Shown one piece after another: positions 1 through 12,100 of a stretch of 64,000 nt of DNA (position 1 is the first letter of the stretch; every line of letters starts with the position of its first letter). Below the pieces are notes generated by a model. That model was given only the letters and a program-made list of their open reading frames with translations, was not told where the DNA came from and did not search any database. Both the position numbers and the translations under genes were made by a program. Source of the DNA: Schmidtea polychroa (Eukaryota). The stretch lies in contig CM097885.1 of NCBI GenBank assembly GCA_044892525.1, positions 28,088,001 through 28,152,000 of the forward strand, written 5' to 3'.

Positions 1-87
1 GGTCTGATCGAGATTTAAGTGTAACCATGTATAGGCAGAATTTAATTCTCTACAACACGGCGCAATTACAATTTCAGTTTGGTGCTT

Positions 88-480
88 TGTGTGTAATGCA
101 CACATGTTTTTACAATAAATTTGTATTTTTTCGCGCGGTTACGTAATTTTCTTGGATTTTTATTCATTTAATATATAGATAAAATTTAATTTTCTATAAA
201 ATAGCTTGATTAAAAATTATGTCTCGTATGTTGTGTGTAATACACACATGTTTTTACGATAAATTTGTATTTTTCGCGCGGTTAACGTAATTTTCTTAGG
301 ATTTTATTCATATAATATATAGATAAAATTTAATTTTCTATAAAATGGATTGATTAGAAATTATGTATCTTGTTTTGTGTGTAATACACACATGTTTTAT
401 TATACGTTAACGTAATTTCCTTGTATATTTATTCATATATTATAGAGATAAAATTTAATTTTCTATAAAATGGATTGATC
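88..480. repeat. Three ~145-bp degenerate tandem repeats upstream of the Polinton polymerase
   Basis: Unit tgtgtaatacacacatgttttt...gataaaatttaattttctataaaat starts near 89, 233 and 378. Copies 1 and 2 contain TTTCGCGC. Shorter ttattactttgttgcaat repeats follow to ~860. Confidence 0.85.
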
Positions 481-973
481 TAGAGTTTAAAATGTTGTAT
501 TATTTTATTACTTTGTTGCAATATTTTTATAATCTTATAACAATTTGCTTAAATATTTTACATCTGGTGAAATATTTCCGAAATATGTTATTACTTTGTT
601 GTAATTTACTGAAAGACTTCACAATTTATTACAATATTCTTTTTTAATTTGTTGTCCGTCTTCGAAATAATGTATTGATTTGTCCCAATTAACATCATTA
701 TTTTATTACTTTGTTGCAATATTTTTATTATTTTAGTTACAATTTGATAAATATTTTACAACTGTTGAAAATTTATCTGAAATATGTTATTACTTTGTTA
801 CAATTTTATGAAAACGTTATTACTGTTTTGCAATTTGATGAAAAAAAATGATATTACTTTGTGAGTTCAACACATTATTTTTATTAAATTATTATGAAAA
901 TGTTAAATAAGTCAACTTTAGCGTCAAAATGTGTTTTAAAATTTAAGTTTTAAAATACTGCAATGTAATGCAT

Positions 974-1082
974 TTATTTTTCCTACCCCTTCCTTGATTT
1001 TGATTGGTCAGAATATATTTATTTTTCCTACCCCTTCCTTGATTTTGATTGGTCAGAATTTAATCATGTGTAATATATAAGC
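974..1082 (+). promoter_or_regulatory. Putative Pol II promoter of the pPolB gene
   Basis: Duplicated ~40-bp block atttttcctaccccttccttgattttgattggtcagaat (each has an inverted CCAAT box), followed by TATATAA at ~1074-1080, ~50 nt before the first splice donor. Confidence 0.55.
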
Positions 1083-1131
1083 AGTAACTTTTCAAATGTT
1101 TGTCATTTAAACTTTTAATTTAACTTATATA

Positions 1132-2205
1132 AGTGAATAAATTTTTATTCTCTATCTAATATTAATGATTATTTTTTAGTGAACGGATGCAGTTTATATA
1201 AATTTTGTATTGCCGAAAGTCATGAAGATGTGGAGAACTGTAAATCAGTTACATCATCATATTTCAAGATAAATGACTCTACCTTATCGGGTTACATATG
1301 TCCGGAATGTCTCATTATAACACCAGGTAGGTGGTTAATGTTTGTACGACAACACGGACACCATCTTAGAAGATTCGAAGAAACGAAGAGCAGGATGATC
1401 ACTAAAAGTAATACTCTTTCTACTATTAACAATTATTAATTTTTTATAGTACAATCGAAAATGAATACATCATACGATCCTAAGGAGATTAAAGAATATG
1501 TTACAAGTTATGTTATTTAAGTTGTTTAATATTAATTATAAATATAGTTAGACAAAACTCTGGCACCACAAAACGAAAGTCAATATTTTACGGAAATGGA
1601 GACTCTAACATACAATTGTGTCCACGTCGGGAGTCTGACTTAAACGGTTCTCGTGTTGAATTGACAAGCGATGTATCTGCAATTAATTCTCCTGACATTG
1701 TTGTTCCAGATTGTCTCATCAAAGAAATAGAAGATCATATTCAACGAATGGGGACAGTAAAAATCCAATTTGGACTTTGTGCAGAGTTTATCAAAGAGGA
1801 TGGTGAAATTAAAAAATGGTGTTTGTCGAATAAAGCAATTACAATGTCATCTTCATTTATTAATGATGGAATTGAAAAATTAAAAGAAAAGTTGGAGAAA
1901 TACACTCAACAAAGTAGTGGGTGGAGAATTCATAAAATATTAGAAGTTACTATGATTTTAACTAAATTATCAGACATAATACATGTATCTGGTAAGATTA
2001 TTTACATTATTATATATATATAAATCAAGAGATTACTTAGGTTCAAGTTACATTAAAACGCCAAATTACCTGAAAAACTGTCAGGCTTTAGTTAATGTTC
2101 AAAACAATGATCAATTCTGTTTTTTATATAGCATACTAGCTGTGTTACGTTATGATGATATACGTCGGAATAGAGAAAGAACAACAAAATATAACTTAAG
2201 TGGTA

Positions 2206-2236
<31 letters not shown>

Positions 2237-5129
2237 AATGTCATAAATCATTGAATTTTGTTTTTAAGACTTAAAATGGAAATTTGAATGGTTTCCGATG
2301 AAGTTGGTTAACATTTGCCAATTTGAAGCAATTAATCCAAATCTAGCGATCAATGTTCTCAAATATAATAAAGATCCAATTAAACAAAAAACTAATGATA
2401 TTTTCAAGAATCCGTTCATTGACTTGGTATATAGAAGTACTTCGACGGGATCTCAGATATATCTCCTATTGATTGAAGAAGGTAATATTTCCTTTAATCA
2501 TTAAAAATATTAACTAAATTTAGAATTAAATTATCATTTTTTGGCTGTAACTAATCTCGATCGACTGCTGAATTACAGAGATAGAGTAGAAGGAGTCAGA
2601 ATCCAATCACATTGGTGTCATACGTGTCTTCATGGGTTTCAAAAACGTCCTGCTTTTGAAAGACATATAGGTCTTTGTAGGAAGAATGTGGAGCGTACGA
2701 CTCTATACTCAATGCCAGAGAATAAATATATCGAATTTAAAGATTGGAGTAAAACTATAAAACAGCAGTTTGTTGTCTACGCGGACTTTGAATCGATATT
2801 ACCTCTAGATGACAAACACTTCCAAAAACATGAGCCGATTGCATCTGAATTTGTGCTTCTCCATCAAGGTTGTCCGATCCGAAATGAAACATTTGTTGGG
2901 AAAAACTGTATCATTCAGTTCATACAAGCATTGGATGATATAGCTACAGACATAGTTTATCCGTGGTATAAAATTAATGGATCAAAGGAAATGATGGAAC
3001 TCACTTGGGAAGAGCAGGAAGAATTCACGACTCAAACTCATTGCTACCTTTGTAAAAAGATTATCAATATACCCGTTCGAGATCATGATCATTTTACTGG
3101 TCAATATCTCGGAGCAGCGTGTCAAGATTGTAATTTGGCTAGAAGAATCAATCCGTCTTTACCTGTTGTATTTCATAATCTTCGTGGATATGACATTCAT
3201 CATATATTAAAATATGCAATTGGAAAATTCCCAGATTGGAATTTAATTGTTATTCCTCAATCAACAGAAAAGTTTCTCACACTTACAGCGACATCGAAAG
3301 GCAGAAGAATTAGATTCATTGATTCTTTACAATTTTTAAATAGCAGCTTGGCAAATTTATCAAAAAACTTGCCACGTCTTCCACTTACTTCAAAGATTTT
3401 CAATTCGCATCTAATAACTGGTAAAGGCATATTTCCTTATGATATTGCTACGTCAATGGATGTTTTACAGTCAATAACAGAATTACCATCGATTTGGGAG
3501 GGAGTTAGTCAAGAAGATTATATACATGCAAATCAAATCTGGCGACAATATAACTGTGAGACACTGCTAGATTACATGCTAGTATATCTCAAGTTGGATG
3601 TTTTTGTGTTGGCCGATGTTTTTGAAGCTTTCAGAGAAAAAACATTTGACGAAGATGGACTTGAGGCTTTATCGTTTGTTTCCATACCCGGATTAAGTTG
3701 GGCATCAGCTATTAAACAGTTACCTGAACCGGTAGAACTTATTCAAGATCCAGAGCTTTACCGTTTATTTGAAGCTGGTATTCGTGGTGGAATGACATTT
3801 ATCAACAAACATCATGTTGAAGCTGATGAATCAACACAAATGTCATACCTAGATGTTAATAATTTATATGGATGGGCGCTGTCGCAAAAACTTCCTATTG
3901 GTGAATTTAGATGGATAAATGATCATACTGAAATGAATGGTATTGTTGAAAGATGTGCAAATGGGGATGAGTTTGATGGAGATCGTGGATATGTTCTAGA
4001 GGTTGACATCGTCATTCCTGATAGTATACAAGATAAGCTAGATGATTTACCTATAGCTCCTGAGCTTTGTTATCCACCTGGTAGTAAAGTTGAAAAGCTG
4101 TTGTTAACTCATGAGCCTAAGAAAAACTATGTAGTTAATGGTAGAGTTTTGACAGAGTGGTTGAGTTACGGCGCAAAAGTCACAAAAGTTAATCGTGCTG
4201 TAGAATTCAAGCAAGTAGCTATTTTCAAACGCTATATTGATTACAATACTCAAATGAGAGCAGCTAGTACAGATTCATTTCAGCGAGATTATTATAAGTT
4301 AAAGAACAACAGTTTATATGGTAAAACCGTGGAAAACCTTAAGAAACGTATAAATTTGAGATTATGCAGCAAAAGCAAAAGATTGATAACTTATTGTAGT
4401 AATCCTATGTTTCGTCGTAGCATCAAGATTGCGGATGATCTCATTGCTGTTATACTTGATAAGGAAATGGTGTGTTTAGATAGACCAATGTATATTGGAC
4501 AAACCGTACTTGATTTATCTAAACTTCGCATGTACCAGTTTCAATATAAAGAACTACAGAGTTATAGAGAAGAATTCAATTGTCAAATTAATATCGTAGC
4601 CGGTGACACAGATTCCTTCTTTTTAGAGTGTAAAAATGTTGATTTACGCTTACAACTGTATCCAAAAATGATTGCCGATGGGCTCCTAGATACTTCAAAT
4701 TATCCGGTGACTGATCCATTGTTCTCAGATAAAATTTGTTCGGTAATCGGGAAATTCAAGGATGAGAATAAAGGAAATCAATATAAAGAATGGGTGTTTC
4801 TTCGACCCAAGTGCTACTCACTCCAAGGAGATAAAAACACTCTAAAAGCCAAAGGAATAAGTCTTACAAATTCTAATATCACCCATGAAGCCTATAAAAA
4901 AGTGTATACTGATGGTGGAACAGTGAGCATCCAACAAAAGAGAATAGGAAGTGTTAATCATCAGTTGTATACTTTCATTACTGAAAAATGAGCTCTCCAA
5001 TGTTTGGATGAAAAAAGGTATTGGTTCAATTCTAATGAAAGCTATGCCTACGGTCACTATAAGATTCGTCAAATGCATATCGCAACTGCTCCGTCTACAA
5101 ATGAATGCAAATCGAAACAAGAACTTTAA
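1132..5129 (+). CDS. pPolB: Polinton/Maverick (adintovirus-type) protein-primed family B DNA polymerase, 7 exons, one in-frame TGA near the C-terminus
   Basis: Exons 1132, 1180-1407, 1450-1506, 1548-1991, 2041-2202, 2269-2481 and 2524-4991(5129) join in frame via GT-AG introns. Motifs: C2H2-like finger, GSSYI..P..NVQNND..CFLYSILA, exonuclease YADFES / FHNLRGYD / YLKLDV, EndoVII-like RDHDHFTG..C..CN, polymerase YLDVNNLYG, KLKNNSLYGK, GDTDS, RPKCYS. TGA at 4989-4991 precedes the conserved ALQCLDEKR...AYGH tail, which ends at TAA 5127-5129. Confidence 0.9.
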
Positions 5130-6127
5130 CAATTAAATTTATGTGAATAATAAAATATATATTGTGAATTATTTGACTTCGTTAATTAAAATATGTTTTA
5201 TCATTTAATAATTCATTTGTCCAATTAATTTAGATAATTAGTTTTAAGTAAGAATTATTATTTATCATGAAAAACTTTGCTTTGTTTTGAAAAATTAATG
5301 CCCATTTTATTTAAATTAACACAGCTTTATTTTATGATAATTACCAATTAAAATTTTATTCAAATTGAATAATTACTAATTAAAATTTTATTCAAATTGA
5401 AATATTATTGTTATAATTTACGCTCTTGTTAGAATATAATGTAAAATTAAAAAATAAATAAATAATAATTAAATAACGTTGGCAATTAAAATAAAGTATT
5501 AATAAACAAATTAATTAATTAAATGTAATAAATTAAAAATTAACTAAAATAAGTAATTAAAGTATAACATCATAAAATAATTAACTAATAAAATTAAAGA
5601 GAAAAAAAAATAGAAGTAATTAAATAAAATTAAAAATAATAATAATAATAATAATAATTAAAAAGCGTAAGTAATTAAAATAAAATATTAATAAACTAAT
5701 AAATTAATTAAATGTAATAAATTAAAAATTAACTAAAGTAAGTAATTAAAATATAACATCATAAAATAATTAATTAATAAAATTAAAAAGAAGTAATTAA
5801 ATAAAATGTTAATTTAAAAAATAAATGATTCGATTGGTCTATATTTGATCTTGATATTCCATGACCTTGAAAGTGAGTTGGAGTCCTTACTATTCACTAC
5901 TTATCAGGTAAAATTTTTAATCAATAATTGCACATTTAAATCTACAATACTTGAATTTATTTTTAACAAATTTGCATTTTAAAAATAATAATTGCACTTT
6001 TAAATCAATAAAAATAAAATTTTTAAAAAATCAATAATCAGTAATCGTGAAAATTTTGCCTCAATTGAATTTTTCAATTTAATTAGTATTTAACAAATAT
6101 TAATAAATTCAAAAAAAATATTATTAC

Positions 6128-9100
6128 TGAGATATTTCATCTTGTAAATCTTGTCTATTAACATCACATGGACGGACTTCTTTTAAAGTTGCACTGCCAA
6201 AATCACACAGAACGTATCTCATTGGAAAACCAATTAAAATATTTTCTACCTAAATAAACAAATAAATAAATAGATAAAAAAATAGTTGGAAAATTGAATT
6301 TCTACTTTTAAATCTCTGTGAATGATCGGTGTAGATGTAAAATGATGAAGACAAGCAACAGCTTCGGCGATATTGGTCATAATCAAAAGAACATCGGATT
6401 CATTGAAATACCGATTGGATGAGCAGAGGGTTTTCATTTCCGATGATAAATTGTCTAAAAATCCCAAATTAAAATTAACGATTAAATTAGCTAATATTTT
6501 GATTAAGCAATTAGGAGTTTTGATATTATTTGTTAAATACCATATATAGTAGGGAATAACCGGATAGCGACCTCAACTAACTATTTGAAATCGGTGCCAC
6601 CGCAGACTACCGATCCGAATAGTCAAAGTCGGACGAATTGTCCGAGAGGGTTATTTTTAGCTATTTAAATTAATCATCCAATGGCAGATTTGGATTGTAC
6701 CACCAGCTTCGAATAATACACAGATTCTTCTAGACATGATTCTGGTGAGTGATAATATAGAAACAATTGCAACTGTGATATTTATTATTGATTATTTTAG
6801 AAGTGATTTTCAAAAATTAGAAACATATAAGGAAGTAAATTATCTTGATTACTAACCATTCGGACCGTATCCGGAATCTGAAACATCAGAATTTAGAGAG
6901 AGAAAAAAATTGTTGTTGAAATTTTACTGTTGATAAATGAATGAAGAAAATCGAACGGACTTATGCCTCAACCTAACATGTAGAAGTAATCATTTCCAAA
7001 AGTTCATAAAAAATTCTTTATTTCTTAAATTTTCTTATTTTAATTATTTCAATAAATTTCAATTCACTAATTTATATGAAACAGGATTGTGAAATATTTT
7101 AATAATATTTAGGAATGGTAATTTTTGTCTTACAAATGTTCCGGATATGAAAATATTTACGTCAAATTTTGTTTATAATACAATTATCTCACTTGAACAT
7201 TATTTTCATATCTATATTCGAATGTGATTCGAAATATTTAGATATAATTTGTATATGTAAATTCCTAAATTTTGAAAAATGCGAAATAGATATGTATTTT
7301 TACTTTAATATGATCTATATAGGTCGAATATTGCATTAGTTTGGCGAGAAGATTCAATAAAATAACGTAAGGACTACGGAAATTGGAAAATTTATGCAAT
7401 TCATATAATTGACCCATTAATTTATTTTCATTATCGATTAATATTTTGTTTTATACACAAATTTTTGGCACTTTCATTTTCACAAAAAAAAATCAAAATC
7501 CTGCTTTGTAATTTAAAACTAAATGAAGATAATATAAATTTATAACAATACTTGTAGTGCCTGAAACATGTATATTAGGGTTATGATTTTTTTAAAGAGA
7601 AGCTTGTGGCAGCGCATAAGAATTCAAAAACGTCGCGCACCACACTTAAAATATATAGTCACAAATTCAATTATATTCAAACCTTTATTAATTACAATAT
7701 TTATAAGTCTAAATTTGTATTTACAAATCTGAGGATTAGGTGTTTGTCATTTTTGCATTTTCTCGAAAGGTCTTCCATCATTTTCACTTCTCTACATTGT
7801 ATATTTTATTTTATTTAATTTTATTAAGTTTTTTAATTATTTAAATTAAAATTACATGCATTTTTGATGAAATAAACAAAAATTAAGTTGTTAAAATATT
7901 ATCATTATCGGCTACCTATTTTTTCTAAACTAATAAAAAAATGTACTCGAAACTCTTGAATTGTGACATTTTGTGAAACATGGAACCACTTCACCTCTAT
8001 ATCAAACGTATAATCGCATCAGCATCAATCTGTTATTCATATATTTCGGTGCAATCAGTGTTCGAAAATCATCTAATGGAAATGTCAGATCGCATTTAAA
8101 ATTTATAAAAGAAAATAAAATCTATTCAAAACTCTGGAATCATAACAATTTGTGGAGCAATGAACTGATTCACCTCTATATCGAATGTATATTACAAATG
8201 ATAAATTTTGTAAAGCTGCTGCTGATTTGTCTACTTGTCGCACGAAAATTGAAGTCGTATTCAATGAAATGTATTATGGAACAAAATCTCCAAAACCCCA
8301 AATACATTTGGTAGAAAATGTAGAATTCGATCATCCAATAAAAATGTAAACGTCGGTACTCCTCAAATTTACTCGATTTGCTTATGAAGAGATTGATAAA
8401 ACTAATAATGATATATTTTACCTATTAGTCTTATGTTCCTACAATACCAATAGATCAATGATAAAAAGGATAAAGGACTTTACTGATTTTATAAATCCAC
8501 AGGACAGTTAATCAAACATTCATTTTTACAAATGAATTATAATATAATATGTATTAAACAACTGATGTTAGAGATCAGTAAAAAATTCACAATAATGACA
8601 GATTTTAAATCTTCAAGTTCATTAATAGAATTCATCAAAAATTATTTAACTCATTTTAATTAAAAGACATGAAATTGAAATTAATCATTTGAACAAATAA
8701 ATTTTATAAAAATAAGCTTTTGGTATTTATCTTTTGGTGCAATTTAGACTCCAGTACAAAATGACATAATTATACAAATTTATTCATCGAAATACAAATC
8801 ATATTTTATACACTATTCGACAACTGATTTTTGCACATTTCCTTTCTAAACAAATAAATCTTCATTTCTCTTAATATTTCCTCACGATTGAAGTTTTTTT
8901 CAAATAGAAACTTTATTATCAATACTTTATGGTACAACATTTGGGAAATAAGTCGAATGTTGAATTATTTCGATTACATTTTCAACTTGTATTTTCGTTC
9001 TTTATAATTTATGAAGTAAGGCATTGTCTGATTTGGGATAACAACAATTTATAACATCTTCAACCCACCTGAATTGTCGACAGTATAGTTAGTATTGGAC

Positions 9101-12100
9101 TTAAATAAAAAAAAACATTTTTTATCATTTTTTGTTTCTTGCTGTAATTAACCGAAAATAAGTAAATGGTCAACTGAGACGACCCATATAACATGAAAAC
9201 CGCATAGATAATAGTTAAAACCATTGAAAACCATTAAATAAAACACAAATAAAAATATAACAAAAGTAAAAATAGGTAAAACAAAATTAATAAAATTAGA
9301 AAATGCAAGGAGTTGCACATGAAACACATCTTAAAACGCATGTAAAGACAAAATAAATTGAGAAAAAAAGATATACAAAAGCAGAAAATACCTCTTATTC
9401 ATAGGAAAAGAAAGGTATGTAAAGGCGATCGTTCGATCAGTCAGGATTAAAAAGAAAATAAATTAATGTAAAATCAACAGATTAAAACAAAATAAAGAAA
9501 CGGACCAATCAAAATGATTGGAATTTAAAATCAAAAAAATAAAATAAATTAAGATCAAAAGCACACATAATCTATTCTGATTGATCAAACACAAACACCA
9601 AAGACTACACCCGTTTCCACATGTTAAAAGTCTTTATAATACATGTTGGTGTGTTCATCTATCGATGACTCACCATTTATGAGAATGTTTATTTCATTTT
9701 TTCATTCTCAATTCAATTTTATTTATGGTTTTAGAAGTAAGTTTTTTAAATTTAAGTATATTTTAAGGCTTGAATTTTGATTTCATATAATTATGAGATC
9801 ATTATTCAAGCTCTTAAATAATACTTGTAATCAGCATTTATAATATATTTATAATATATTGATAATTAAATTTCAGGTGCTTTTTTAGGTATTTTATGAT
9901 ATGTTATGAATTTGGAATTATTTCAATAAAATGTAAGTTATATATATTTTTAACTAAAAAGAAATAAAATAATCACCAAAAACATTTATTTTTTTAAGAA
10001 ATAATGGTTCCAATCGATTTTTTGGAGATTCCCAGTAATCTTCCAAAATCTTTATAATTTTCTCCATTTTCATATGGATTGATGAGACGGATTTTGTCAT
10101 TTTCTGAAATTCTTTGAAAATATTATTTTTTTTTTAGTTATTAAAATTTACGATTTTCGAATTTTTTTCTTCAATTCCAAAAATGTCGATGGAACTTGTT
10201 GAATATCTTCACACAAAGGCGTTTGACTAGAAATATCTGATATGCTGTAAAATATTTTAATTATTTGTAATTAAATAAAAAAATTCTTACATTGTCAGAT
10301 CTTCACCTTCGCAAAATGGAAATGTCTCCAAAGAAATATCTGAAAATCTAAAGAAATATTAACTTCAAAAATATTTTATAAATAGATCTTACGATGTTTT
10401 GTCGTCCATTTCTCAAAAACTCAAAGTTGAGTTGTCAGATTCAAAATCCAAATTTTTTTCAGCCATGAATTTTAATAATTTTAAATTAATGATATGTTAA
10501 CAGTATGTTAATGACTCTCTACTTTCGGAACAAAAAAAGCTATATTAAATTTGCGTGTATTTTATATTATGTGTCCTGTGTTTGTATGTAAAATTATTTT
10601 TCTGTCACTTTCTCAATTCCTATAATAAAACTTTCTACATTCGGAACATTAAATTTTTGCACACAGGTAAGTTTGTGTGTTGCTATAATATAATTTTATC
10701 GATTTTTTTTTTAGATTATAGAAACTCTTATATTGTGGAAACGGGTGTATAAAAAGGGCCGTCTCAGTGTTAAATTTTGGTTTCGAGCTCTCCAGCACCA
10801 ACAGCCCCATCGTCAAACACGATCATTAACCCGATTGTGGTGGACTTGTGTGTTACCAGTCCTCAAGTCAAAGCAGTGTCATCGCGGCCAAAGCGCAAAG
10901 AGATCTCGCGCTCGGAGATAAATAAACGGAGGCGGGCGAAACAAGCAGTCGCTCAAAGTCTGCTGATGGTAGGAATCAATTCACCTGAAGTCGATCTACA
11001 AACCTCCTGCACGGATTTTCACTGGTCCTTGGATACGGACGACGAGTTAAACCTGGACCAACTGCTGGCCGATGCCGAAGAGGAAATTATTGGGGAATGA
11101 TTCCCCCTCGAACAAATCAACCGTTGTTTATTTCTTTTGTGTATTGCTTGCTTAGTTGGGCTTATTATAAAACAATAGATTTTGTTTATCTTATTTTGTT
11201 TTGGGTTATCAGTATAATTTCCATGCTACCTGTTAATCACGCGCCGATTAGATCTTTTTGGTTACGACATCGCTCCAGGAAATGATCTTATTGAAAGACA
11301 GAGGACCTCGATTTCGGAATGATAAATATCGACGTAAGACCTTCTATCGGCAGTCACGAACCCGCCGAGGTCTATGGGGGAGTAGTCTTAACACAGAGCC
11401 TCGCCTGCTTTGTAGCTTTCGGCAACTTGGTTCAGTTCCAAAATGGCCACAACCATGGGTACTTAGTCGGTTTGAAATAATCATATGGCGGCTTACAGAA
11501 GCTCGTGATAACAACAGATATATGATCATAACTCCAACTTCAATTCTCTTTTCATTTTTTTAATCGTCTTTTTCGTAATTAGAAATTAAAATTTAGTCAT
11601 CCACAAAAATCATGATTTCTTTTTTAAAACGTCTGCGTTTAACCATTAGTGTTCCTTATTAATTTCATTTAATCATCACTTATTTGCAACATTGATTTTG
11701 AAACAGCTTCAGATTTTCACACAATTATTCATTTATGGTTTTTTCAATGTTTTTTTCAATAGTTTACAAATTTCAATTTTTTATATTTATTAAGATAAGT
11801 TAATAATGTCCTTCAATATAATAACAATTCACAAATATCTGATCATGCATTTGAAAGAAATTAGACTTTACACATGAATAAGATTTCGTCAATCAATTTA
11901 TACATGATTGACAACTTTAATTATAAGAAAATTTTGAAAATTCTCCTTAACCATTTCGTTACAGGCTATTTTTGGAACACATGTTTCTCGTAACAAACAT
12001 ACGTGAGTAAGTGAAATATATACGTTTATCGTCAGATAACAAAGTAAAAACTCATAGAAAATATACGCTTTTCGTTCATTGGACTCATATACGAGATGCG

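Larger units (their letters stand above)
1..5901. mobile_element. Right portion of a Polinton/Maverick element; probable terminus ...TTACTATTCACTACT at 5901
   Basis: Contains pPolB and AT-rich subterminal duplications (5484-5600 / 5674-5790). Ends in ACTACT, the reverse complement of the AGTAGT start typical of Polinton TIRs. The left end is outside the window. Confidence 0.7.

Noticed and set aside
500..860. Regularly recurring ttattactttgtt motifs resembling a CRISPR array
   Set aside because: The intervening sequences are themselves related and irregular, the context is eukaryotic and there are no cas genes; this is a degenerate tandem repeat.
7725..7792. Minus-strand REVKMMEDLS segment resembling the kinase alphaC exon
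   Set aside because: The true exon (CIREIFIL) is at 16526-16641 and splices consistently without it.
8760..8850. In-frame TAA/TAG/TGA in coding-like segments suggesting a variant genetic code
   Set aside because: Intact genes end at standard stops and have no internal ones; these stops fit pseudogene decay.
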